A stretch of DNA of 64,000 nt from the human T2T-CHM13v2.0 reference genome, Homo sapiens. The position numbers and the translations under genes were made by a program. The stretch lies in NCBI RefSeq assembly GCF_009914755.1, contig NC_060946.1. The stretch is one strand, 5' to 3'. A model generated the notes under the pieces. It saw only the letters and a program-made list of their open reading frames with translations, did not search any database and was not told the DNA's origin. How positions within the stretch are numbered: the stretch's first letter is position 1; each line of letters opens with the position of its first letter. This document shows positions 51,870 through 64,000 of this stretch, in pieces.

Positions 51870-52110
51870 ATACTGTAGTTGTTGAGAACATGTATTCTGG
51901 AGCCAAAATGCTTAGATTGCAATCTTGACTCTGCTAACTAGCTGTGTGGAGAGTTATTCAACCTCTGTGCACCTTGGTTTCCCCATCAGCAAAAAGGAGC
52001 CAACAACATTTCCCATCTCAAAGGGTTGTTGTGAAGATTAAATGAATTCATACATGCCAAGTGTTGAGAATGCCACTTGTTACAAAGTGCAGTAAACATG
52101 CTTGCTAATA
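51870..52110. mobile_element. MIR
   Basis: CTAGCTGTGTG...CAACCTCTGTGCACCTTGGTTTCCCCATC...GGGTTGTTGTGAAGATTAAATGA core. Confidence 0.75.
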
Positions 52111-53716
52111 AAAGAGCCCAAAAGTTAGCAAATATAGAACAAATTTATTTTTAAACGCTACGTTAGTTACATTTTCAAACAATATGCTCAATATGTCCTT
52201 CTATAGCCTAGACACTGTTTCCTGTGAAGTACCTCTAACTTTAAAGCAATGTATCCAACTGGTGACTCTTTTAAAACTACAATAAGTACAATATAGAATA
52301 TCACCAAAGTCTGGAAACACAGGGAAAATCATGAATTTATTTTTTCAGATTAACAATTAGACTCACTGCTTAAATTCAGAGATATATCACCTGAAAAGCT
52401 GTCTAGAGATTAAGGAAAAATGCGTTGAGAAATTATTTGAAAAAGTAACTTATTATTCTCCGATGTTTCCCAATTTTTCTGATTTGTTTTCCCAATGTTT
52501 TTCCTACTAGTATAACTATTATTAATTACTGAGCATGTGCCATGTGACAGGCACTGCTGAGGATACTGGAGATGGGGCATAGACAAAGCGGATATAAAAG
52601 GCAAAATGTCCCTGCTGTCGTGAAATTTACACTTTAGTAGGGATAGACAATAAACACATCCTAAAATAGAATATACACTATGTCAGATGAGAAGCGCTAT
52701 GGGGAAAAACGAAACAGAAGGTGGCCAGGGCATATCAGTACAACAAGGAGGCCAGGCTGCTTTTTTATAACTAGGGTAGACCTAGAAGGCCTCTAATAAG
52801 ACTTTCTGAGAAGAGATCCAAAGGAGGTGGAAGAGCCATGCAGGTTTCTGGAAAACAGCATTCCAGGCAAAGGCAACGCAAGTGTAAAGACCAAATAAGA
52901 GAGCCAAGAAAGCCTTTTTTTCTATAGTATCTTCTTTTGTCTTCATCTCTCTTGATAACCTGTAACTAGGGCAGACTCCAGATATAGATTACTCGGACCA
53001 AATAATTTCTCTTTCATTCATTTCTCAGTACAGACTTGACACTGCCTTCTTTCTTCTCTGAGACAACAAAATCATTTTTATCTAGCAGTTTTTCTTTCTT
53101 GTTTTTTTCTATGACTTCCATTTGATAAAAATTTACTGTCTACTCTGTGCAGGCCTGATGGTGAAAGGATGATTAACATATGGTACATGCCCTCACAATC
53201 TAGTTAAAATGAGACATATAAAATCAATAAAATATACCATAAAAAGCACTGCTTTGATATTATGAATAAAGTACTACAGCAATTAATTCTGCCCATTGAG
53301 GGAAAGAGTAGTTGGGGATAGAGGGAAAAAGGATTCTGAGCTAGGATTTGGAGACTAAGTAGGAGTTCAAAACATGGACAGCGATAAAAAAATATTCCAA
53401 GGGGAAAGACAAATCTTAAGCATAAGCACAGAAATGTCTAAGCATACAATATATTAGGAATGATTGTTAATGCAATGTGCTACATTGAAGATTAGGGAAA
53501 TAAGAGCAGAAAAGTAGATTGGAAACATGTTAAGGGGCCTGACTTTATCCTGAGAGCCAGTGGTTTGCAAACTATTTTGACTGTACACCTCAGCAGTAAC
53601 AAATTGTTGTGCATGCATATATCCTCAATAAATGCACATTTATTTAAGTATGAGTGAAATTATGCCAAGAGCTACTCTTCTAGTATATCACATTCATTAG
53701 AAAATACACAAAGAGG

Positions 53717-54030
53717 GCTGGGCACGGTGGCTCACACCTGTAATCCCAGCACTTTGGGAGGCTGAGGTGGGTGAATCACTAGGTCAGGAGTTCAAGACCA
53801 GCCTGCCCAAGATGGTGAAACCCTGTCTCTACTAAAAATACGAAAATTAGCAGGGCATGGTGGCAGGTGCCTGTAGTCCCAGCTACTTGGGAGGCTGAGG
53901 CAGGAGAATCACTTGAACCTGGTGGGGCAGAGGTTGCAGTGAGCCTAGATAGCGCCACTGCACTCCAGCCTGGGTGACAGAGTAAGACTTCATCTCAAAA
54001 AAAAAAAAAAAAAAAAAGAAAGAAAGAAAA
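53717..54030 (+). mobile_element. AluS-like
   Basis: TSD AGAAAATACACAAAGAG. Confidence 0.92.
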
Positions 54031-54706
54031 GAAAATACACAAAGAGAAATATGTAAAAGATAATATTTTCCCCTAATGGAATCTTTTTCATTAATTTTTA
54101 TTAGTGAATAATGTGTACAATGTTATCAATCAATTGCTAATGTACCTTCCATAATCAACAAATGAATGCACTATGCTTCTGTTGACATTTCAGTTCTAAC
54201 TTGTATTTTTCTTGCTCTCTTGGTGGTCATAAATCATCAAGAGTACTCATAAAGTCTAGCATAGTGTACTTGTACTTACTTTTTTGGTGCTAAGATCAAT
54301 TGTTAGGGAATCTGAAAGATCTTTATGATAGTCAATTTAAACACATTCATGTATACCTTATCTTATACATATAAAAGGTACAAATGCATAAAAAGACAAC
54401 TTCTTTCATGATAAAAACACTCGACAACTAGGAATAGAAGAGAACTTCCCCACCCTGATAAAGGACATCTATGAAAAAACCCATAGCTAACATCATACTT
54501 GATGACGGGAAGCTTTCCTCCAAAGAGCAGGAACAAGACAGGATGTCTGCTCTCAACACTTCTTTCTAGCCAAGGAATCTAGATTGGAGAGGAAGAAGTG
54601 AAACTATTTGTATATGACAGGATCTAGTATATAGATCAATATACAAAAATCATTTAATCAGGTTTATTTCTATACACCAGCCATGAACAATCTGAAAATG
54701 AAATTA

Positions 54707-54868
<162 letters not shown>

Positions 54869-55141
54869 GACAATTCCATTTACTAGAGCTTCAAAAAGAA
54901 TAAAATGCTTAGAAATAACTTTCAGAAATGCAAGAACTTCTGAAATTAATTGGAAAATAATCTTTAAAATGAAAAAAACTTAAGACATGAAAGACTTGTA
55001 CCCTGAAAACTACACAGCACTGTTGAAAGAAATGGAAAAAAGATCTAAATAAAAAGAAAGACATCCTGTGTACAAAGATTGGAGAAATTAGTATTGTTAA
55101 AATGACAATATACCCCAAATTGATCTACAGATTCAATGTAA

Positions 55142-55472
<331 letters not shown>

Positions 55473-58200
55473 CTAGCCATCTTTTTAACAAAATTCGTAA
55501 GCTGGTACTAAACTTCAAATGAAAATGCAAGAGACTCAGAATAGAAAAAAAAAAAAGCTTATGAAAGAACAATGTTGGAGACTCACACTCCTTAATTTTA
55601 AAACTTACTACAAAGCTACTGTAATCAAAACAGTACAGTACTAGCATAAGGCCTGACATACAGATCAATGAAACAACTGGGAGTACAGAAATAAGCCCAT
55701 ACATCTTATTTGGTTGATTGATTTTTGCAAGGATGCCAATATAACTCAACAGGGAAAAAATGGTCTTTTCGATAAATGGTAGCAGGGCATCTTCATGAAA
55801 AAGAATGAAGTTAAACTTCACAGCACATACACAAATTAATTCAAAAAGGACCCAGGATCTGAATCTACAAGCTAAAACTATAAATGTCTTAGAAAAGATA
55901 GGTATAAATCTTCATGTTCTTGTATTGGACAATGGAGCCCATAGTTTCTTATATATGACACCTAAAGCACAAGTAACCAAGGGGAAAAATAGATACATTG
56001 CACTTCAAAATTTAAAAATTTAGTGCATCAAAAGACACCTCCAACAAAATTAAAGGAATCTACAGAATCGGAGAAGATACTTGCATATCACCTTTCTGAT
56101 AAGGGTCTTGTATCCAGAATATATAAAGAACTTTTAATACTCAAACAGTTGTTTTAAAAAGTTAATAATGGGCAAAGGATTGGAATAGATGTTACACCAA
56201 AGAAGACATACAAATTGCCAACAACGACATGAAAAGATGTTCAGCATCATTAGTCTTTAGGGAAATGTAAATCAAAACCACAATGAGATACCAATTCACA
56301 ACCAGTAGGATAGCTATAATCAACAACAACAAAAAAGGATAATAACAAGTGTTGGCAGGAATACAGAAAAACTGGGACATTTTTAAACTGCCAGTGGAGA
56401 TGTAAAATGGTACAGCCACTATGGAAAAACTTAGCAGCTCCTCAAAAAGCTAAACACTGACTTATCATATGATCCAACAATTCCACTCCTAAGTATACAC
56501 CCAAATAAACCGAAAGCCAGAACTTGATACTTACACTCCCATGTTCAGTGCAATAGCTAAAAGAAACAACCCAAGAGTCCATCAACAGATGAGTAAATTT
56601 TTTAAAATGTGTAATGTACATACAATAGAATATTATTCAGACATAAAAGGAATAAAGTTCTGATACATCCTACAACATGACAACGCTGAGGACATTATGG
56701 TAAGTGAAATAAGCGACACAAAATAACAAATACTGTATGATTCCACTTATAAGAGATACCTAGAACAGGAAAATTTAGAGACAGATAGGGCCTTGGTGGA
56801 ACGGGAATGGGGAGCTATTGCTTAATGCTTACGGGGTTTCTGTTTGGGGTGATGAAAGAATTTTACAAATAGTGGTGATGGCCGCACAACACTGTGAATG
56901 TAATTAATGCAACTGAATTGCACACTTACAAAGGCAAATTTTATGTTATAGTTACAATTCTAAAAAATTATACTGTAATACACCAAAATCCATATAACTG
57001 TACACCTTAAATGGGTGAATTGTGTGGTATGTGAATTATATCTCAATAAAGTTTTTTTTTTTAAAAAAAGGGAAGAAAAAAATAAACTCTCAAGCTATGA
57101 AAGAACATGGAGGAATCTTAAGTACATATTGCCAAGTGAAAGAAACCAGTCTGAAAAAGCTACATACTTTAAGATTCCAACTATACGACATCTGAAAAGA
57201 CAAAACTATAGAGATGATAAAAAGACCAGTGGTAGCCAGGGATTCAAGAGGAGAGGAAAAGGATGAATAGGTGGAACACAGGACATATCTACTCTGTATG
57301 ATAGTGGAATGGTGGACACATGACACCATGCATTTTTCAAAACCCACAGAACTGTAGAACACAAAGAGTGACTCCTAATGTAAGATATGAACTTTCATTA
57401 ACAATAATGTATCAGCATTTGTTGATAAACTGTAACAAATGGACCACACTAATGCAAGATGTTATTAAGAGAAATTGTGTCTGAGTGGGGAAGGGTATGT
57501 GGGAACTCTGCGTAACTTTCTGCATAATTTTCCTGTAAACCTAAAACTGCCCTTAAAAAAAGGTCTATTTTTAAAATGCATGCTTCCCAGAGAGAATGCT
57601 CTGAATTTTATCCTCTTCTCATGATTCATAAGACTATTCATTTTGAACACAAATTATAATTCTACAGTAGCTAGAGAGGAAGCACTGAGCCTTTTGTCAC
57701 TGTAGAATATCAGGCACTACTGAATCATCTCAGGATCCTATCCTTTCCCTACTGCACCTCCTCTTCCGCCCCCGAAAGAATTATTTTATGATCTAAATTT
57801 TTGTATTCATATAACTGCTTCCATCTAGATAGTCTTTGAAGATTCCAGCCTGTGGAAATATTTCCTTAATTTATGACTAAATTCCAGTTTAATTATAATT
57901 ATAAATTACAGTGACATTATTACACCAAATTGCCATGCCTCCTATTTTATTCACTTTTTTCATTTTCTATGAGGTATCATTTTATCAGAAACCTAAGTGT
58001 GTTCACTTTTTTTTTCCTTTTGAAAAAAGTATTGTTCTCTAAGGCACTGAAGACTCAATACAGAGGATTAAATTGGAAACTATAACCGTCCCAGAGGAAA
58101 GACAGCTAGTACATTTAAGTACAACTCTTCCCCACCTCCTGGTATAAAATGATCCCCCAAAACTCCTAATCTTTATTGGCACATGCTATAAACTTTTTAA

Positions 58201-58370
58201 AAAAACTTTAGAGATCGGGGTCTCTCTATGTTGCCCAGGCCGGAGTACAGTGGCTATTCACAGGTGCAATCTTTCCTCACTACAGCATCAAATGCCTGGG
58301 CTCATGCAGTCCTCCCACCTCAGCCTCCCATGCACCAGGATTACCGGTGTACACCACCACACCCAGCTTA
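58201..58370 (-). mobile_element. FAM (fossil Alu monomer) next to the ENTH-exon donor
   Basis: CAGTGGCTATTCACAGG segment; TSD TATAAACTT(C)TTTAA at 58187-58200 and 58371-58385. Confidence 0.75.
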
Positions 58371-58392
58371 TATAAACTTCTTTAACCATTAC

Positions 58393-58741
58393 CTTGGTCT
58401 TTTCCAGCTTCATCTATGTGCTGAAAATCTTTTAGTGTTTGAAGGTTACAGAACCCCTCTCTGCAATGCTGAATAACTTTCTTTGATCCATTCTTGATGA
58501 GATAATCCATTAGGGTAAGGGATTTATACACGTGGCGCCAGTTCTTCCCATGGTCATTGAGTCTGTGCCACAGCATATTCATAATCTCTGAGAGAGAAAT
58601 TGTGTTGAAAGTCAAGTCACTGATATCTAACATCAGAGAACTAGAGGGACCCCAAGGGTCGTTAGAAGTTGCTTCCCTGACTTTTATTTCAGCATCTGAG
58701 TAATTTTTCACAAAGTTTTTCACTTGTCTCCTGAACGCCAT
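58393..58741 (-). CDS. ENTHD1: ENTH domain-containing protein 1, first coding exon (coding part, 349 nt, most of the ENTH domain)
   Basis: Translates as MAFRRQVKNFVKNYSDAEIKVREATSNDPWGPSSSLM...GKNWRHVYKSLTLMDYLIKNGS...GKDQ, the epsin N-terminal homology signature. ATG at 58741-58739; donor CAAG|GTAATG with GT at 58392-58391; ends in phase 1. Confidence 0.96.
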
Positions 58742-58896
58742 AAGTAATACAAGTTCCAAGGTGAGATGGAGGATGAAAGCAATGGAATAACAGTTTATGT
58801 CACGGGTTTATAAAACTCTTGACAGGTAATTGGTCCCCAGTTCTGCTGCTCCCAAATACAAATAATTAATCTCTATGTTGATAAAGTATCAATTTC
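58742..58896 (-). other. ENTHD1: 5' UTR part of the same ENTHD1 exon
   Basis: Acceptor TTTTTTGTGCTTTCCTTGCAG|GAAATT with AG at 58898-58897; 155 nt with no upstream ATG before the ENTH start codon. Confidence 0.75.
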
Positions 58897-59119
58897 CTGC
58901 AAGGAAAGCACAAAAAAATTTACATTAAACTTTTTTTTAAGTCTATAGAAGACCAAATCAATCTGAAAATCTAGGTTTTGTTTCTAAATCAGCCCCTCAC
59001 TTACAGCAGCCAGAATTGAGGGTACCATATAACTGTTCCTAGGATAGGCATGGGAAAATCCCTCATGAGAAATTGGCCTATATTATTTAAAGAAATATAG
59101 GTTGTCTTTCTAGTCATAA

Positions 59120-59825
<706 letters not shown>

Positions 59826-60806
59826 GTGCTAGGATTTCAGGCATCTCTTTATATTGTCACATATAAAAATATTATATTCTGAGAGTAATTAAAATGGGGG
59901 TAAAATTGAGTCTTAGAATCACCCACTGACCCTATGACTGTATTCTTTTTAGAACTACAAGTCCCGAGAATCAGATCTAAATATAGTCTGCTTTCTTGCT
60001 AAACCTAAAAGAAAGGAGGATCAACTATGAAGACAAACAGCTGTATATCAGTGGACTCCACAGCTAATTCATGGTACCCTAAAACCTCTATTTTAGTCCA
60101 GATAAGCCTGGTAAATTAGAGGGAAAGGTTAAATTACTTTATTTGTTCACCTTTGGAAAAAGAAGAATGAGTTTAGGATTAAACAGTGTCAACAGTAAGA
60201 CTCAAATAATGCAAGGATTTCTCTAAATCCTGCAGTGATCAGCCTGTGTCTATCAGATCTCAAAACAAGGACACACAGAGAGGCCCATATACTAAAACTT
60301 AAAAGGGAAATGCAGCCCCCAAACTTTACATAATGCTTGTGAATGATCAATTCAGTTTATAGGAAACCATTCCCTTTCTCTTTTTCATTATTTTGTATTA
60401 AGGAGGGTCAGTCAGTTTGCAATTTCTCTAGTGATTCACCACTGCTGGCTGCCAAGACAGTGTACCAAATTGATTTCAAGCCCTGACGAACATCCAGACC
60501 CAACGAAACCTAGAAGATCTATAATCAGATTTTACTAGAGAAACTGCACACATACAAAAGAAAAAATGTTAAAATCCATAACAAATGTGTTCACTGCTTT
60601 TAGTTTTGCTTCCCTTTCTTGACCTTCTCAGGTAACTAGCTCAGCCTTGATTAATTTCTGTATGTGTATTAAAGGAAGACATAAATTTTTAGAAGCATCC
60701 CAAATAAACTATCACTTCTTTTTTTTAAAAAAATGAGATAACCTCTTTTTGGTAAAAATACAACACACTCTTAACTAAGCAAGACAGAAAATGTACCTGT
60801 ATAAGT

Positions 60807-61094
60807 GGTTGGGCGTGGTGGCTCACACCTGTAATCCTAGCACTTTGGGAGGCTGCCGCGGGCAGATCACCTGAGCTCAGGAGTTCAACACCAGCCTGGA
60901 CAACATGGTGAAACCCTATCTCTACTAAAAACACAAAAAATTAGCCAGGCTTGGTGGCACACACCTGTAATCCCAGCTACTTGGGAGACTGAGGCATAAG
61001 AATCACTGGAACCTGGGAGGCAGAGGTTGCACTGAGCCGAGATTAGGCCACTGCGCTATAGCCTGGGAGATAGAGTGAGACTCTGTCTCAAAAA

Positions 61095-61137
<43 letters not shown>

Positions 61138-61140
61138 AAA
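60807..61140 (+). mobile_element. AluS-like with (AAAT)n tail
   Basis: Dimeric Alu; flanking AGAAAATGTA repeats. Confidence 0.9.
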
Positions 61141-62463
61141 AGAAAATGTATTAAATATCTGTTTAATTAAGATTTCTCAGAAAGACACTATCATTAACCC
61201 TAGGAAGAAAAAGAGAAGTTGTGTTTCTACAACTTTCTGATTTTCTCTTTTTCGTACTTCAAACACAGTCATTTTTATTTGGCACCTTCCTGCAGTGAAA
61301 AACTGATTTATAATATTTCAGCAAAGCTATTAAAATTGTCAAGCAGGAGGGTTTTTTTTTCTATTGTCCTTTTTTTCCTTCTACCAAACTCACTCAATGC
61401 AGAGATGCACTATGACATTGGCTTAGAGCAACAAATATCGATCTGTTTCTTCACGATTCTATTTTCTTTTAAAGCCCTGTTAGAATCATAACTTGCTGGA
61501 ATTGAACAACAAATGTTAATTTTTTTTTCTTTTTTGGATAGCTATCTATCTATATTTTGGAAGAACAATCGTAATTTTTAGGTTTTTCTACATTCTCTAA
61601 CCTATATTTTAAACTTTTAAAAACTGTTTTCTTAAATGAATTTTCTAACCCAGAAAAATATCAAAATAATAGCCTTCTAATCCAATAGAGTAGTTTAAAA
61701 TGAATTTACATGACACCATATCAGAATTAAATACAACCCCAACCATTAGAAAAATCGCAAGGAAAAAGGTCTAGAGAAGTGAATTCTTATCACTTACTAA
61801 TGTACAATGACTTGAACTTTACCTTGTGATATGAACGTAGAATATGTAAAACACCATTCTACTACTGCTGTCTTTTCAAATTGACAAGGAGCTCAATTAA
61901 TTGGTGTTAGTTGTAAATTATATGTTGGTTTATTATGTGTTTTAGACACCTGACTACATGAAAATGCTGTTTACATACAGCATCAAATAACTGTGAGATT
62001 GTAACTACAGTGATGTGACAAAAATTGACATGAGACAAAATTAGTGCCCAAGAGGGTAAATTTCCACATTTGAATCTTGGTTGTCTGGCTACCCAACTCA
62101 CTATAATATTTAGAAATAGAGGGAAGAAGTTAGGTATTTCATGTCACAAATCTGAGAGGTCTTCACCGACCTCACTAACTACTTAGGTCTCCCCAGAACC
62201 TGGTTAATTTCCTTCATTGCACTTGTAACAATCTGTACTTACCTATTTGTCATTTGCTCAGTGCCTTTCTTCACCACCAAACTGGAAGCTCCTTGGGGGC
62301 AGGGACCTTGACGGTCTTATTTACCACTGTAATCCTATCCCTAACAGCTAATTAGCAACAGTAGATACTCAAGAAACATGTGTTGTGCAAATAACACAAT
62401 GATTGAATGATTCTGCCTTGGGATAAACCTGCACTGATTCTATAGCTTTATAATTATAATCAC

Positions 62464-62970
<507 letters not shown>

Positions 62971-64000
62971 ATAAAGCATGATATTAAAAAAATAAATAAA
63001 TAAAATCTAGCTCTCATAATTGTCAAGTAAAATTCTATAGTTTTGAGCAAATATTTTCAAATCATCAACAGATATTTCTTGAGTACCTACCATTTGTATA
63101 GCTTTGTGGAGAAATATAAAACATGAACCTCACATTAAAACTTACCATTCAGTTAAGGAGCTTTCTCTCCTAAATAATTCCCAGCAAAACAAATGATTAC
63201 GTAGAAAAGGTCTTTTAGTGTTATTTTTAGATCTGCCCACTTTCACAATGCTGTTTCCTTCCCCCCATTTCATCTGAATTCTAACAGGAAATGATTTATC
63301 AGCTGGCATTAAACTATTGGTCCACGATCTTTTATCCCAATCCTTTGAGGCCAGATGATTTGTGGAAATTCTCTTTTGGGTGCGGTGGTAGGGGTGGAAT
63401 TTTCAAGAGTAGTGCCATGTCTATACCATATATTACATGATACCCACAGTAAGGTGTGGAGCTGCTCTGAACAATTAAACACATTAACATGTCTGCAATA
63501 AAAACATGTAAATATTTGGAATAAAGACTACAAATGGCCTCAGGCCAAGTTTTACCACCAAATGAGTTGGAGGAAAAGTTGATTTCCAAAAGTTTTTGGA
63601 TTTCAGGATTGAGAATAAGGAACAGAGGAGCTGAACTGACTTTATCCAAAGACTTGGGACAATAATGACAATAGCATCTAAGAGGCTGAGTGTCCAGAGC
63701 TATCTCTGAAAAGATGCATTTAAGGTGGAACTATGAGAAAAGAACAGCTCTTGTGTTTGTACAGGTTCTGCCTATAGACATGAGTTTGACTCGTAAGGAA
63801 ATGAGCTCTGGCCAAGAATGCTACGGGAAAATGGTTATAGAGACTACCATGCCATTAGGAGGTGTTACTGTTTTGATGAAAAGAATACTGTCAGAGGCAG
63901 AGAATCTAATCTTTTCCAGCCCTAAGTGTGTGTTCATTAATTTATTCAACTAATAATCTTCCAGAGCTTACCATGTGGCAGGCTCCATTCTAGGAAATGG

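Noticed and set aside
58742-58759. N-terminal extension MELVLL on ENTHD1
   Set aside because: It starts at TTG; homology with epsin helix 0 supports the ATG at 58741.

Overview
Human genomic DNA, AT-rich and dominated by repeats. It covers the 5' part of ENTHD1 on the minus strand (the locus assignment to chr22q13.1 is from recall). Three exons splice in phase: 58896-58393 (ATG at 58741), 32984-32742 and 6935-6817. They encode residues 1-237, including a complete epsin-type ENTH domain. Exon 1, the promoter and the later exons lie outside the window. The intron after the first coding exon holds an antisense processed copy of the Rieske Fe-S gene (UQCRFS1P1) with TSD and poly(A). It lost the parental ATG but is still an uninterrupted 283-aa ORF, opened by an ATG in the flanking old L1. 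The same old L1 also hosts a THE1 LTR and a 7SK retrocopy missing most of its HEXIM-binding hairpin. The next intron holds two young 5'-inverted L1PA insertions: one lacks about 2.5 kb of ORF2, and the other carries a probable 20-nt 3' transduction. That intron also has a perfect 3x50-bp tandem repeat with template-switch hairpin junctions, a recent 144-bp dispersed duplication and a near-full-length Tigger1. About 30 Alu-family elements, several LTRs and DNA transposon fossils fill the rest. I found no CRISPR-like or otherwise new multi-gene system. The most interesting signals are the start-codon-rescued Rieske retrogene and several mechanistically informative insertion and duplication scars. 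Repeat subfamily names come from recalled consensus motifs and were not computed; repeat boundaries without a stated TSD are approximate.
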